In this document: positions 49,902 to 61,357 of the stretch, one piece after another
Layout of the letters: every line of letters starts with the position of its first letter
Numbering within the stretch: position 1 is the stretch's first letter
Program-made: the position numbers and the translations under genes
NCBI GenBank assembly: GCA_965220745.1
Contig: CBDCQT010000013.1
Span: 416,001-480,000 of the forward strand
Reading direction: 5' to 3'
DNA length: 64,000 bases
From: Alphaproteobacteria bacterium
GTDB taxonomy: Bacteria; Pseudomonadota; Alphaproteobacteria; UBA828
Notes under the pieces: generated by a model
Told to the model about the DNA's origin: nothing
The model's database searches: none
Seen by the model: the letters and a program-made list of their open reading frames with translations, nothing else

Positions 49902-51287
49902 GTGTCCGACGCCATTGCCACGCCACGCGCGCGCCGCGAGGACTGCGCCGGAGAGCACGTGCCGCACCCCCTGATCTCCTCGGCTGCCGGCCCCTTGAAG
50001 GGAACCTGCTCGGTGCCCGGCGACAAGTCCATCTCCCACCGTGCGCTCATGCTCGGCGCGCTCGCGGTCGGCGAGACTCGCGTCAGCGGCCTCCTGGAGG
50101 GAGAGGACGTGGTGGCGACGGCAGCCGCGCTCCGCGCCCTCGGGGCAACCATCGAGCGGGCCGATGACGGAAGCTGGCGCGTGCATGGCGTCGGCGTCGG
50201 CGGGCTGGCCGAGCCCGACGCGGTGCTCGACCTCGGCAACTCCGGCACCGCGGTGCGCCTGCTCGCGGGCATCTGCGCGAGCCACGGGTTCACCACGGTC
50301 ATGACCGGCGATGCCTCGCTGCGACGGCGGCCGATGGGCCGGATCATCGAGCCGTTGGAACGGATCGGCGCGCGTTTCGAGGCCCGCAGCGGCGGCCGGT
50401 TGCCGTTCTCGCTGATCGGTGCCGACCAGCCGCTGCCCATCGAATATCGTCTGCCGGTAGCGTCGGCGCAGGTGAAGTCGGCGGTGCTGCTCGCTGGTCT
50501 CAATGCGCCGGGGGAGACCCGCGTGATCGAGCCTGCGCCGAGCCGCGATCACACCGAGCGCATGCTGCGCCGCTTCGGCGCGCATGTCGGCGTGGAAGCA
50601 AACGCGGACGGCGGCAGCGTCATCGCCGTCACCGGCTATCCGGAGCTCCAGCCCTGCGTACTTACCGTGCCGGGCGACCCCAGCGCTGCGGCGTTTCCGA
50701 TGGCTGCCGCCTTGATCGTGCCCGGCTCCGACATCGTGATCCGCCGGGTGGGCGTCAATCCCGGCAGAATCGGCCTGTTCGAGACCCTGCGCGAGATGGG
50801 TGCCAGGATCGAAATGGGGCCGCGTCGCGAGTTGGGGGGCGAGCCGCTTGCCGACATCGCGGTGCGCGCCGGCCCGTTGCGTGGGGTCGACGTGCCCGCC
50901 GTGCGGGCGCCCAGCATGATCGACGAGTATCCCATCCTGAGCGTGATTGCCGCATGCGCCCAAGGCACCACGCGGCTCAGCGGGCTTGCCGAGCTGCGCG
51001 TCAAGGAGAGCGACAGGCTGGGCGCGACCGCCGCGGGTCTCCGTACCGCCGGTGTGACGGTGACTGAGCGGGACGACGGGCTCGATATTCTGGGCTGCGG
51101 CGGCCCGCCGCCCGGCGGCGGCCTGGTGGCGACCCATCTCGATCATCGCATCGCCATGGCCTTTCTTACCCTCGGCATGGCGAGCGGGAAGCCCATGACC
51201 GTCGACGACGGGTCGATGATCGGCACCAGCTATCCGGGTTTCGTCGCCGACATGAACCGTCTGGGAGCCTCGATTGTCGAGCAGTGA
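49902..51287 (+). CDS. aroA: EPSP synthase
   Basis: PGDKSISHR, GNSGT, SAQVKS, ELRVKESDR, DHRIAM. Confidence 0.97.
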   Translation: MSDAIATPRARREDCAGEHVPHPLISSAAGPLKGTCSVPGDKSISHRALMLGALAVGETRVSGLLEGEDVVATAAALRALGATIERADDGSWRVHGVGVGGLAEPDAVLDLGNSGTAVRLLAGICASHGFTTVMTGDASLRRRPMGRIIEPLERIGARFEARSGGRLPFSLIGADQPLPIEYRLPVASAQVKSAVLLAGLNAPGETRVIEPAPSRDHTERMLRRFGAHVGVEANADGGSVIAVTGYPELQPCVLTVPGDPSAAAFPMAAALIVPGSDIVIRRVGVNPGRIGLFETLREMGARIEMGPRRELGGEPLADIAVRAGPLRGVDVPAVRAPSMIDEYPILSVIAACAQGTTRLSGLAELRVKESDRLGATAAGLRTAGVTVTERDDGLDILGCGGPPPGGGLVATHLDHRIAMAFLTLGMASGKPMTVDDGSMIGTSYPGFVADMNRLGASIVEQ

Positions 51288-51927
51288 GCCGGCGCCGCTG
51301 GTCATCGCGGTCGACGGTCCGGCGGCGGCGGGGAAGGGCACCCTCGCGCGCCGCCTCGCGGCACACTACGGGCTGCGGCACCTCGATACCGGCGCGCTTT
51401 ACCGCGCGACGGCGCTCCGCCTGCTAAGGGCAAACGGCGATCCGGTACAAGAGGCAGAGGCGGCGGACGCGGCGCGTCATGTCACGGCCGCCGACCTCGA
51501 CGATCCTGCGCTGCGCGAAGAAGAGGTGGGGCAAGCGGCATCGGTCGTCGCGACCCACGGCGCTGTGCGTGCGGCTCTGCTCGACTATCAGCGGACGTTT
51601 GCCGCTGAGCCGCCCGGCGCCGTGCTGGACGGACGGGATATCGGCTCCGTCGTCTGCCCGGACGCGCAGGTGAAGTTCTATCTGGAGGCGACCCCCGAAG
51701 TGCGGGCCGGACGCCGCCTTTGTGAGTTGCGGTCGCGCGGTGTCGAGAGTATAGAATCCAGTGTTTTGGAAGAAATAATCGCTCGCGACGTCCGCGACAG
51801 CCGGCGTAGCGCCGCACCGTTGAAGCTGGCGGCAGACGCAAGTCGGATCGATACCACGGCCCTCGGACCCGATGAGGTGTTCGAGCAGGCGGTGGCAATC
51901 GTCGACTCGCGTCTTTCCTCCACGTAG
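51274..51927 (+). CDS. cmk: Cytidylate kinase
   Basis: DGPAAAGKGT, LDTGALYR, LDGRDIG. Confidence 0.96.
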   Translation: MSSSEPAPLVIAVDGPAAAGKGTLARRLAAHYGLRHLDTGALYRATALRLLRANGDPVQEAEAADAARHVTAADLDDPALREEEVGQAASVVATHGAVRAALLDYQRTFAAEPPGAVLDGRDIGSVVCPDAQVKFYLEATPEVRAGRRLCELRSRGVESIESSVLEEIIARDVRDSRRSAAPLKLAADASRIDTTALGPDEVFEQAVAIVDSRLSST

Positions 51928-52036
51928 CGGTACGTAGCGGAATCCACACCGCGGAAACGCGCTCACCCATCACGGCCCGCGGCATATGCCGGGCAAGCCT
52001 TGCGCGAAAGCGCCCACCGACCATTTCGGAGATCAG

Positions 52037-53794
52037 ATGACAGCAGAGACAACGGAAGCAACAGAGCAGGCCGGCGCGCCGAAAGAGTCCTTCGCCGACA
52101 TGCTCGACTCGTTCTTGGACGACAAGCCCCGCTTCGAGGGGAGCGTCGTCAAGGGCACCGTTCTCGCGATCGAGAACGACGCCGCCCTCATCGATGTCGG
52201 CCTCAAGGTGGAAGGCCGGGTCCCCCTCAAGGAGTTCTCCGCGCCTGGACAGGCGGCCGAGGTCAAGGTCGGCGACGAGGTCGAGGTCTATATCGAGCGC
52301 TTCGAGACCGCGCGCGGCGAGGCCTCGCTCAGCCGTGAGCGGGCGCGCCGCGAGGAGGCCTGGGAGAAGCTGGAGCAGGCCTACAAGGACGGCGAGCGAG
52401 TCACAGGCGTCATCTTCGGCCGGGTCAAGGGCGGCTTCACGGTTGATCTCGACGGTGCCGTGGCGTTCCTGCCGGGTAGTCAGGTCGATATTCGGCCGGT
52501 GCGCGACATTGCGCCCCTGGTCGGCACCGACCAGCCGTTCCAGATCCTCAAGATGGACCGCCGCCGCGGCAATATCGTCGTCTCCCGCCGCGCCGTGCTG
52601 GAGGACACCCGCGCCGAGCAGCGCAACGAGCTGATCGCCAACCTGCACGAGGGTCAAATTCTCGAAGGCGTGGTCAAGAACATCACCGACTACGGCGCGT
52701 TCGTCGATCTGGGTGGCGTGGATGGCCTGTTGCACGTGACCGACATCTCGTGGCGCCGGGTCAACCATCCGGCCGACGCCCTGCAGATCGGCCAGACCGT
52801 CAACGTCCAGGTCATCCGCTTCAATCCCGAAACCCAGCGCATCTCCCTCGGCATGAAACAGCTCGAAGCCGATCCGTGGGAGGGCGTCGAGGCCAAGTAC
52901 CCGGTCAGGACCAAGTTCACCGGCCGGGTGACGAACATCACCGATTACGGCGCGTTCGTGGAGCTGGAGCCGGGCGTGGAAGGCCTGGTCCACGTCTCTG
53001 AAATGAGCTGGACCAAGAAGAACGTGCATCCGGGTAAGATCATCTCGACCAGCCAGGAGGTCGAGGTAATGGTGCTCGATGTCGATCCCGAGAAGCGCCG
53101 GGTCAGCCTCGGCCTCAAGCAGTGCCTGGACAACCCCTGGATCGTCTTCGCCGACTCTCATCCGGAGGGGGCGATCGTCGAGGGCGAGATCAAGAACATC
53201 ACCGAGTTCGGCCTGTTCATCGAGCTGCCCGGTGAGATCTACGGCATGGCGCATCTCTCCGATCTGGACTGGCTGACGCCTGGTGAGGAGGCCCTGAAGC
53301 GGTTCAAGAAGGGCGAGGAGGTCAAAGCCAAGGTGCTGACTGTCGACGTCGAGAAGGAGCGGATCGGCCTCGGCCTCAAGCAGCTTGACGACGATCCTTT
53401 CCAGGGTGCGGACGCGCGGCGCGGCCAGACCGTGACCTGCACCGTCACCGCGGTGCACGAGCACAGCGTCGAGGTCGAAATCTTCGGCTCGCTGCCCGGC
53501 GATATCAAGCGCTCCGAGCTCGCCCGCGACCGCGACGAGCAGCGCCCCTCGCGCTTCGCAGCGGGCGACAAGGTGGACGCCAAGCTGCTGCAGATCGACC
53601 GCAACAACCGGCGCGTCACGCTCTCCATCAAGGCCCTGGAGGTCCAGGAAGAGAAGCAGGCGATGGAGGAGTACGGCTCGACCGACAGCGGCGCGAGCCT
53701 CGGCGACATCCTCGGCGCCGCGCTCGACCGCAAGACGCAGGAAGAGGCCGCGCGCGCGGCGGAGGCCAAGGACGCGTCTGACGACGAGAGCTGA
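52037..53794 (+). CDS. rpsA: 30S ribosomal protein S1
   Basis: Repeated S1 domains (DYGAFVDLGGVDGLLH); start ATG 52037. Confidence 0.98.
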   Translation: MTAETTEATEQAGAPKESFADMLDSFLDDKPRFEGSVVKGTVLAIENDAALIDVGLKVEGRVPLKEFSAPGQAAEVKVGDEVEVYIERFETARGEASLSRERARREEAWEKLEQAYKDGERVTGVIFGRVKGGFTVDLDGAVAFLPGSQVDIRPVRDIAPLVGTDQPFQILKMDRRRGNIVVSRRAVLEDTRAEQRNELIANLHEGQILEGVVKNITDYGAFVDLGGVDGLLHVTDISWRRVNHPADALQIGQTVNVQVIRFNPETQRISLGMKQLEADPWEGVEAKYPVRTKFTGRVTNITDYGAFVELEPGVEGLVHVSEMSWTKKNVHPGKIISTSQEVEVMVLDVDPEKRRVSLGLKQCLDNPWIVFADSHPEGAIVEGEIKNITEFGLFIELPGEIYGMAHLSDLDWLTPGEEALKRFKKGEEVKAKVLTVDVEKERIGLGLKQLDDDPFQGADARRGQTVTCTVTAVHEHSVEVEIFGSLPGDIKRSELARDRDEQRPSRFAAGDKVDAKLLQIDRNNRRVTLSIKALEVQEEKQAMEEYGSTDSGASLGDILGAALDRKTQEEAARAAEAKDASDDES

Positions 53795-53835
53795 GGCGCG
53801 CACCTTGACCCTCTAGGCCGCGATCCAGGAGGGAG

Positions 53836-54747
53836 ATGGCGAGCCTGGAACCAGACAGGTTGCTCGACCGCCGCCGTCTCAAGCGGGGCGTCGCAATCTG
53901 GCGTGCGCTTGCCATCGTCGCGTTGATCGTCGCCGCCCTGGTGGGCGCGATGCCCTTCGCCTTTGACGAGGGCGAGCGCGTGGCCCGGCTCTGGGTTAGC
54001 GGGTTCATCGAGGACGATCCCGGGCGCGACCGTATCGTCGCCGATCTCCGTGACGACGATGCGGTCAAGGCGGTGGTCCTGCGGCTCGATTCGGCAGGCG
54101 GCACGGCGGTCGGCGGCGAAGCGCTTTATCTCAGCCTGCGCTCCCTCGCCGAGAAGAAGCCGGTGGTCGCCGTTCTCGGTACGACGGCGACCTCGGCGGC
54201 CTACATGGCGGCGCTGGCCGCAGATCGCTTGCTGGCCCGCGAATCATCGCTCACGGGCTCGATCGGGGTCCTGTTTCAAACCGCCGAGTTCACCGCGCTC
54301 CTGGAAGAAATCGGGGTGCGTGCGGAGGCGATCCGCAGCGGGCCGCTGAAGGCGAAGCCGATGCCTTACGAGGAACTGGATGACCCGACCCGCCAGGCCA
54401 TGCGGAGCGTGGTGAGCGATACCTACGAGTATTTTCTCCGCGTGTTGATGGAGCGGCGCTCCCTCGATCGCGAGACGGCGCTGACGCTGGCCGACGGCCG
54501 CGTTTTCACCGGCCGGCAGGCGGTGCAGGCGGGCCTAGTCGATGCCGTCGGCGGCGAAGAGGAGGCGCGGGCGTGGCTGGCGCAGGCACACGGCGTGCCG
54601 AAGAACGTTCCGGCGACCGACGTGACGACCGGCGACGAGGGCGGCCTGCTGGGCACCCTCGACGCGGCGCTCAAGCGAACCTTGCCGGTACGAACACTGG
54701 CGCTTGACGGTCTGATCGCCGTTTGGCACCCTGAGTTATCGGACTGA
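53836..54747 (+). CDS. sppA: Signal peptide peptidase A
   Basis: DS.GG, ATSAAY, TGSIGV, DGRVFTG.QA. Confidence 0.9.
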   Translation: MASLEPDRLLDRRRLKRGVAIWRALAIVALIVAALVGAMPFAFDEGERVARLWVSGFIEDDPGRDRIVADLRDDDAVKAVVLRLDSAGGTAVGGEALYLSLRSLAEKKPVVAVLGTTATSAAYMAALAADRLLARESSLTGSIGVLFQTAEFTALLEEIGVRAEAIRSGPLKAKPMPYEELDDPTRQAMRSVVSDTYEYFLRVLMERRSLDRETALTLADGRVFTGRQAVQAGLVDAVGGEEEARAWLAQAHGVPKNVPATDVTTGDEGGLLGTLDAALKRTLPVRTLALDGLIAVWHPELSD

Positions 54748-54813
54748 AATGACGACGTTCTCGGCAACTCGGCACATGCGCCGGGAGCGTGAATGTGGTG
54801 GAGTACCTCTGGA

Positions 54814-55101
54814 ATGACCAAGTCCGAACTCATTCAACTGCTGGCGGAGAAGCACGCCGACCAGCACCTCTACCACCGCGATTATCAGCGCGTGGTGAAC
54901 CGGATTTTCAACGAGATCAGCGACGCGCTCGCGCAGGGCGACAGGGTCGAGCTTCGCGGATTCGGTGCGTTCTCGGTCCGCCCGCGGGGCGCGCGCGTGG
55001 GCCGCAATCCGCGCACGGGCGCCGCGGTACGGGTCGACAAGAAATTCCTGCCGTTCTTCAAGACCGGCAAGGAACTGCGCGAGCGGCTCAACCGCGAGTG
55101 A
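54814..55101 (+). CDS. ihfB: Integration host factor beta
   Basis: [38 protein letters not shown]. Confidence 0.95.
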   Translation: MTKSELIQLLAEKHADQHLYHRDYQRVVNRIFNEISDALAQGDRVELRGFGAFSVRPRGARVGRNPRTGAAVRVDKKFLPFFKTGKELRERLNRE

Positions 55102-55196
55102 GCGTTGCGGCTTGAGCGGCGCGCGGCGGTCCGGGACCACGACCGCCGAACGTCGTGGTTGACGGGCCGCGCAATGCGGCGCAGAAGAGCAAGCCC

Positions 55197-55553
55197 ATGA
55201 GGATACTCGCCTGGGCGATCGCAGGGGCGGTGGCGGTGATCGTCATCGCCTTCGCCGTGGCGAACCGCGGCCCCGTGACCATCAGCGTGGCGCCGTTCCC
55301 CTACACGCTCGAGATTCCGATGTGGGCGCTGGCGGTGGGGGCGTTGTTGGTCGGGTTTCTGACCGGTGCCCTGGTCCGCTGGCTGCTCGACCACAAGGTG
55401 CGCAGCATGGCGCGCCGGGGCCGCAGGCGCACGCGCGCGCTGGAGCAGGAGCTGGCGCGGGCGCGCGAGAAGCTGGACGAGACGGTGCGCGCCCAGCGGG
55501 CGACGGTGGCGCCGGGTGCGCCTGTGTCTCTCTCGCCCAAGGATCTCGCTTGA
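55197..55553 (+). CDS. lapA: LapA-family membrane protein
   Basis: FAVANR, two TM segments, coiled-coil tail; position after ihfB. Confidence 0.75.
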   Translation: MRILAWAIAGAVAVIVIAFAVANRGPVTISVAPFPYTLEIPMWALAVGALLVGFLTGALVRWLLDHKVRSMARRGRRRTRALEQELARAREKLDETVRAQRATVAPGAPVSLSPKDLA

Positions 55554-55603
55554 GCCCGGTTTCTCGCTGGAGTCATGGCGAGAAATTCGGGGTAGGGTAG
55601 GCC

Positions 55604-56281
55604 ATGCCTGTTGCAGTCAAGACCTGCGGACTGAGTGATCGTGCCGCCGTCGATGCGGCGCTGGCCGGGGGCGTGCGGTACCTGGGCTTCGTGTTCTTTC
55701 CGCCCTCTCCGCGCGACGTGGCGCCGGGCCGGGCTGCGGCCCTGAGCGCGGGCCTGCCGGACGGCATTGCCACCGTCGGCGTCATGGTCGAGCCGGACGA
55801 CGACTTCCTCGACGCTATTCTCTCCGAGATGCGACTCGACTATATCCAGCTCCACGGAAACGAGAGTCCGGCGCGGGCAGAGGGTGTTCGTGCGCGCACC
55901 GGCTGCCGCATTATCAAGGCGATCAGCGTGTCCCAAGCCTCCGACATTGCCCGTGCCGACGACTACGGCCAAAGCGCCGACCTGATCCTGTTCGATGCCA
56001 AGGCGAAGGCCGACGACACGCGCCCCGGCGGCAATGCCCGGACCTTCGACTGGAGGCTGTTCGGGGCCGCGCCGCCGCCATCGACCGGGTGGCTGCTCTC
56101 TGGCGGCCTGGACGCAGGCAACGTCGGCGAGGCGATCAGGATCACGGGCGCCCGCGCGGTCGATGTGTCGTCTGGCATCGAATTCGCGCCGGGGCGCAAG
56201 GACCCCGAAAAGATCAGCGCCTTCCTCGCCGCTGTGGTGGCCGCCGCAACTGCCCCAATACCGAAAGAGGCACAGGCATGA
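55604..56281 (+). CDS. trpF: Phosphoribosylanthranilate isomerase
   Basis: [26 protein letters not shown]. Confidence 0.95.
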   Translation: MPVAVKTCGLSDRAAVDAALAGGVRYLGFVFFPPSPRDVAPGRAAALSAGLPDGIATVGVMVEPDDDFLDAILSEMRLDYIQLHGNESPARAEGVRARTGCRIIKAISVSQASDIARADDYGQSADLILFDAKAKADDTRPGGNARTFDWRLFGAAPPPSTGWLLSGGLDAGNVGEAIRITGARAVDVSSGIEFAPGRKDPEKISAFLAAVVAAATAPIPKEAQA

Positions 56282-57489
56282 GCGCACGCGGCGCCAACCG
56301 GCCCGGCCCCGACGCAGAGGGACACTTCGGCATCTATGGCGGCCGCTACGTCGCCGAGACGCTGATGCCGCTGATCCTCGATCTGGAGAAGGCCTACGAG
56401 CAGGCCAAGGATGATCCCGCGTTCACCGAGGAGTTCGAGCGCCTGCTCGGCCACTACGTGGGCCGGCCCAGCCCGCTCTATCACGCGGAGCGCCTGAGCG
56501 ATCATCTCGGCGGCGCGCGCATCTACTTCAAGCGGGACGAGCTCAACCACACCGGCGCGCACAAGATCAACAACTGCATCGGCCAGATCCTGCTGGCGCG
56601 CCGCATGGGCAAGACCCGGATCATCGCCGAAACCGGGGCCGGCCAGCACGGCGTTGCGACGGCGACCGTCTGCGCGCTCTTCGGCCTGCCCTGCACTGTC
56701 TACATGGGCGAGACTGATATCGAACGGCAGCAGCCCAACGTCTTTCGCATGAAGCTGCTGGGCGCCGAGGTGGTGCCCGTGGACTCAGGGTCGCGCACGC
56801 TGAAGGACGCCATGAACGAGGCGCTGCGCGACTGGGTGACCAACGTCGAGACGACGTTCTACTTGATCGGCACCGTCGCGGGCCCGCATCCCTATCCCGC
56901 GATGGTGCGCGACTTCCAGTCGGTGATCGGGCACGAGACCCGCGAGCAGATCATGGCGGCGGAGGGCCGGCTGCCGGACACGCTGGTCGCCTGCGTCGGC
57001 GGCGGTTCCAACGCCATCGGCCTGTTCCACCCCTTCCTCGACGAGGACGGCGTGCGCATGGTTGGCGTCGAGGCCGCCGGCCACGGCGTCGAGAGCGGCA
57101 AGCATGCCGCGTCGCTGACCGCCGGCTCGCCTGGCGTGCTGCACGGCAACCGGACCTATCTGCTGCAGGACGAGCACGGCCAGATCATCGAGGCGCACTC
57201 GATTTCCGCCGGTCTCGACTATCCGGGCATCGGGCCCGAGCATGCCTGGTTGCGCGACTCGGGCCGCGTCACCTATGTGGCGATCACCGATGACCAGGCG
57301 CTGGATGCCTTTCACCTGTGCGCGCGGATGGAGGGAATCCTGCCTGCCCTGGAGCCCGCCCACGCCCTGGCCCATGTTGTGGAGCTGGCGCCGGGCCTGC
57401 CGAACGACCACATACTCGTCATGAACATGTGCGGCCGGGGCGACAAGGACATCTTCACCGTCGCAGATACGATGGGCGCATCGCTGTGA
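56278..57489 (+). CDS. trpB: Tryptophan synthase beta
   Basis: [29 protein letters not shown]. Confidence 0.98.
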   Translation: MSARGANRPGPDAEGHFGIYGGRYVAETLMPLILDLEKAYEQAKDDPAFTEEFERLLGHYVGRPSPLYHAERLSDHLGGARIYFKRDELNHTGAHKINNCIGQILLARRMGKTRIIAETGAGQHGVATATVCALFGLPCTVYMGETDIERQQPNVFRMKLLGAEVVPVDSGSRTLKDAMNEALRDWVTNVETTFYLIGTVAGPHPYPAMVRDFQSVIGHETREQIMAAEGRLPDTLVACVGGGSNAIGLFHPFLDEDGVRMVGVEAAGHGVESGKHAASLTAGSPGVLHGNRTYLLQDEHGQIIEAHSISAGLDYPGIGPEHAWLRDSGRVTYVAITDDQALDAFHLCARMEGILPALEPAHALAHVVELAPGLPNDHILVMNMCGRGDKDIFTVADTMGASL

Positions 57490-58325
57490 CGGGGCGCATC
57501 GAGCGGCGCTTCGCGGCGCTCGCCGAGGAGAGCCGCGCCGGGCTCGTCACCTTCACGATGATGGGCGATCCGGACATCGAGACCTCCTACGCCATCCTGG
57601 AAGGGCTCGCAGAGGCCGGTGCCGATGTCATCGAGATCGGCTCACCCTTCACCGACCCGATGGCCGACGGTCCGGTGATCCAGCGCGCGGGCCAGCGGGC
57701 GCTCCGGGCCGGCATCACGCTCGGCAAGTCGCTTGAGCTGGCGCGGCGCTTCCGGGCGCAGGACGACACGACGCCGCTGGTGCTGATGGGCTACTACAAC
57801 CCGATCTACATTTATGGCGTGGAGCGCTTCCTCAACGACGCGCTGGAGGTCGGTCTCGACGGCATGATCGTGGTCGATTTGCCGCCCGAGGAGGACGCCG
57901 AGCTATGCCGGCCGGCGCTCGACGCCGGGCTCTCCTTCGTGCGGCTGGTGGCACCGACGACCGACGAGGCCCGTCTGCCGGCGGTTCTCACCAACACCAG
58001 CGGCTTCGTCTATTACATCTCGATCACCGGGATCACCGGCGCGGCGGGCGCCACCACCGCCGCGACGCAGCAGGCGGTCGACAGGCTGCGGCGCCACACG
58101 GCGCTGCCCATCGCGGTGGGCTTCGGCATCAAGACGCCGGAACAAGCGGCGGAGGTCGCGCGGGTGGCGGATGCTGCGGTCGTGGGCTCCGCCCTGGTCT
58201 CGGCAATCGAAGACGGATTGGACGCGGACGGCGGGGCGACGACCGCCTGCCGCGACAACGCGCTCGCGCTGGTGCGCGCGCTCGGCGACGGCGTGCGCGC
58301 AGCGCGGCAGGAGGCTGCATCGTGA
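57486..58325 (+). CDS. trpA: Tryptophan synthase alpha
   Basis: [26 protein letters not shown]. Confidence 0.97.
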   Translation: MTGRIERRFAALAEESRAGLVTFTMMGDPDIETSYAILEGLAEAGADVIEIGSPFTDPMADGPVIQRAGQRALRAGITLGKSLELARRFRAQDDTTPLVLMGYYNPIYIYGVERFLNDALEVGLDGMIVVDLPPEEDAELCRPALDAGLSFVRLVAPTTDEARLPAVLTNTSGFVYYISITGITGAAGATTAATQQAVDRLRRHTALPIAVGFGIKTPEQAAEVARVADAAVVGSALVSAIEDGLDADGGATTACRDNALALVRALGDGVRAARQEAAS

Positions 58326-59257
58326 GCTGGCTCGAACGCTTCGCCCGCCCCAAGGTGAGCGGGCTGTTCCGCAAGCCCGACATCCCCCACGACCTGTGGG
58401 AGAAGTGCGAAAAGTGCGAGCAGATGATTTTTCACCGCGAGCTTGAGAGCAATCTCCGGGTCTGCCCGCGCTGCGACCATCACATGCGGCTCGGCGCCGA
58501 CCAACGCCTGGCGCTGCTCTTCGACGGGGGGGAATATCAGACCATCGAGCTGCCGGCGGTGGACGAGGACCCCCTCCGCTTCCGCGACCGCAAGCGCTAC
58601 TCGGACCGCCTGCGCGAAGCGCGCAGCAACACCGGCCACGACGATGCCATCGTGGTCGCCCACGGCAAGATCGGCGGCGCTCCGGCGGTCGTCGCCGCGT
58701 TCGACTTCGGCTTCCTTGGTGGCTCGATGGGCACCGCCGTCGGCGAAAGCCTGCTGGCTGCCGCGCGGCTTGCCATCCTGCAGGAATCGCCCTTGATCGT
58801 GATCCCGTCCTCGGGCGGCGCACGGATGCAGGAAGGCGTGCTCTCGCTGATGCAGATGGCGCGCACCACCATCGCGGTCGACGAGCTGAAGGAAGCGGGC
58901 GTGCCCTACATCGTCCTGCTGACCAACCCGACAACCGGCGGCGTGACGGCCTCCTTCGCCATGCTCGGCGACATCGCCATCGCCGAGCCGGGCGCCGTGA
59001 TCGGCTTCGCGGGTCCGCGCGTGATCGAGGAGACGATCCGGGAGCGGCTGCCCGAGGGCTTCCAGCGCGCCGAATACCTGCGCGATCACGGCATGGTCGA
59101 CATGGTGGTGCACCGCCGCAAGCTGCGCGAGACACTGTCGCTGCTGCTGTCGCTGCTGCGCGACAAGAAGCCCGCAGCGGAGGTTATCGCCCTGCATAGG
59201 GACGCGCCCGACACGGGCGGCGGCAAGGACCTGCCTGCATCGGCCAGCGCCGAGTAA
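58322..59257 (+). CDS. accD: Acetyl-CoA carboxylase carboxyltransferase beta
   Basis: C4 Zn finger, [23 protein letters not shown]. Confidence 0.97.
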   Translation: MSWLERFARPKVSGLFRKPDIPHDLWEKCEKCEQMIFHRELESNLRVCPRCDHHMRLGADQRLALLFDGGEYQTIELPAVDEDPLRFRDRKRYSDRLREARSNTGHDDAIVVAHGKIGGAPAVVAAFDFGFLGGSMGTAVGESLLAAARLAILQESPLIVIPSSGGARMQEGVLSLMQMARTTIAVDELKEAGVPYIVLLTNPTTGGVTASFAMLGDIAIAEPGAVIGFAGPRVIEETIRERLPEGFQRAEYLRDHGMVDMVVHRRKLRETLSLLLSLLRDKKPAAEVIALHRDAPDTGGGKDLPASASAE

Positions 59258-59302
59258 GCGGCGCCCGGTCGCGTTCTCCGCGGCCTCTTTCTGCAGGGGC
59301 AA

Positions 59303-60613
59303 GTGAGCGTGGCGTCCAAGCCGGCCGCGCCGCGCGAGAGCGACGCGATTCTAGCCCGGCTGCTCGACCTCCATCCCAAATCGATCGATCTTTCGCTTGG
59401 GCGCATGACCCGGCTGCTCGACGCGCTGGGCAACCCGGAGCGGGCCATGCCGCCGGTGATCCACGTCGCCGGCACCAACGGCAAGGGCAGCGTCGTCGCC
59501 TATCTCGACGCGATGCTGCGGGCGGCCGGCTATCGGGTGAACGGCTACGTCTCGCCGCACTTGGTTCGCTTCGCCGAGCGCATCAGGCTGGATGGGGTGC
59601 CGATCGCCGAAAACTCGTTGCGCGCGAGCCTTGCCCAATGCGAGGCGGTCAACGACGGCGCGCCGATCACCTTCTTCGAGATCACCACGGCTGCGGCCTT
59701 CCATGCCTTCGAACGCAATCCCTCGGATGTGCTGCTTCTGGAAGTGGGGCTGGGCGGCCGGCTCGACGCCACCAACGTGATCGCGCGCCCGGCGCTCACC
59801 GTCATCACCCCAGTCTCCATCGACCACACGCACTACCTTGGCGAGACGCTCGAACTCATCGCTGCCGAGAAGGCCGGAATTCTGAAGCACGGAGTCGCGG
59901 GCGTGATCGGTCGACAGGAGGCGGAGGCCGACGCAGTGATCGAGAATGTCGCCGGCGGGGTCGGGGCGCCGCTCGCACGGCTCGGCCGGGAGTGGTCGTT
60001 CAAGCGCGCTGACTCGCATCTGGTCGTCCAGGACGAGAGCGGCGAGGCGCGCTACCCGTTGCCCGCCCTCGCCGGCGACCATCAGGTCGAGAACGCCGCG
60101 CTCGCCGCCGTCTGCGCCCGGCTACTTCCCGGCTTCGAGGTCGGCGACGCTGCCATCGTCCAGGGACTACGCGAGGCGCGCTGGCCGGGGCGGCTGCAGC
60201 GCATCCCCTGGGCCGGCCTTTCCGATGGCTGGGAAATCTGGGTCGATGGCGGTCACAACGCAGCGGCGGCACATGTGCTCGCCCGCGTCGCCGAGGCATG
60301 GGCCGACCGGCCTCTCGACCTCGTGGTCGGCATGTTGAACACGAGGCCGCCCGAGGATTATCTCAGGCCGCTCGCGCCCTTCGTGCGGCGGATGGCGGCG
60401 GTGGCGATCCCCGATCAGGCCGCGAGCAGGACGGCGGACGAGATCTACTCGGTCGCGCGGTCTCTCGACATCAACTCGGAAACAGACGCCAGCGTCGGCG
60501 AGGCCATCACGCGCCTTGCGTCAGGCGCGGCCCAGCCCGGCCGCATCCTGGTGTGCGGCTCGCTCTATCTGATCGGTGACGTGCTCGCGACCGCTGGCGT
60601 TGCGGCCGCGTGA
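59303..60613 (+). CDS. folC: Dihydrofolate/folylpolyglutamate synthase
   Basis: VAGTNGKGS, EVGLGGRLDATN, DGGHN. Confidence 0.96.
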   Translation: MSVASKPAAPRESDAILARLLDLHPKSIDLSLGRMTRLLDALGNPERAMPPVIHVAGTNGKGSVVAYLDAMLRAAGYRVNGYVSPHLVRFAERIRLDGVPIAENSLRASLAQCEAVNDGAPITFFEITTAAAFHAFERNPSDVLLLEVGLGGRLDATNVIARPALTVITPVSIDHTHYLGETLELIAAEKAGILKHGVAGVIGRQEAEADAVIENVAGGVGAPLARLGREWSFKRADSHLVVQDESGEARYPLPALAGDHQVENAALAAVCARLLPGFEVGDAAIVQGLREARWPGRLQRIPWAGLSDGWEIWVDGGHNAAAAHVLARVAEAWADRPLDLVVGMLNTRPPEDYLRPLAPFVRRMAAVAIPDQAASRTADEIYSVARSLDINSETDASVGEAITRLASGAAQPGRILVCGSLYLIGDVLATAGVAAA

Positions 60614-60624
60614 GGGGTGGGGCG

Positions 60625-60945
60625 TCAGACCGCGCCGCGCAGCCACTCGGCGAGCTTGGCCTTGGGCAGCGCGCCGACCTTGGTGTCGGCCACCTCGCCG
60701 TCCTTGAAGAGGATCAGCGTCGGAATACCCCGGATTCCGTACTTGGCCGGCGTCGAGGGGTTCGAATCCACGTCCAGCTTGGCAACCGAGAGCGAATCGC
60801 TCATCTCGCCGGCGATCTCCTCCAGCGCAGGCGCGATCGCCTTGCAGGGGCCGCACCAGTCGGCCCAAAAATCGACCAGGACCGGGCCTTCGGCGTTAAG
60901 GACCTTCTCTTCGAACTCGGCGTCGGTGACGTGGGAAACGCTCAT
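60625..60945 (-). CDS. trxA: Thioredoxin
   Basis: WCGPC active site. Confidence 0.97.
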   Translation of the reverse strand: MSVSHVTDAEFEEKVLNAEGPVLVDFWADWCGPCKAIAPALEEIAGEMSDSLSVAKLDVDSNPSTPAKYGIRGIPTLILFKDGEVADTKVGALPKAKLAEWLRGAV

Positions 60946-61032
60946 CGGTACTCCTCCAGAACGGCAACAATCGGAATGTAGGGAGCGCTCCGGGGCCCGT
61001 CAACGGGACCCTCGCGCGTTATTCCAGCGCCC

Positions 61033-61326
61033 TTATTGTTCGGCGAGAAGCGCCGTCGCGATGGCGCGCCACTCCTCGCGCAGCGCCTGCTCCGACGCCG
61101 GACGGCCTGCGCGCCGGTACCAGTAGCCCGCGTTGCGGAGGTCGCCTTCCACGCGGTGAAGATAGGCGTGGACCCAGGCGCCTGCCGGTCCCTTGTCCGC
61201 TTGGGCGAGGTTATGGGCCTCGTCCCACGCGCCCTTCGCCTCCTGCCAGAGCGCCTGAAGCGGCTTGCTCAGGCCGGTTGGCGGCGCGGCGCCTTCGAGC
61301 GAGCCTTCGAATGCCGTCAGGTCCAT
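61033..61326 (-). CDS. Conserved hypothetical protein
   Basis: WVHAYLHRVEGD..NA.YWYRRAG motif; SD GGGAGG. Confidence 0.75.
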   Translation of the reverse strand: MDLTAFEGSLEGAAPPTGLSKPLQALWQEAKGAWDEAHNLAQADKGPAGAWVHAYLHRVEGDLRNAGYWYRRAGRPASEQALREEWRAIATALLAEQ

Positions 61327-61357
61327 GGTGGGCCTCCCGTTAGTCCTTGCCCCGCAG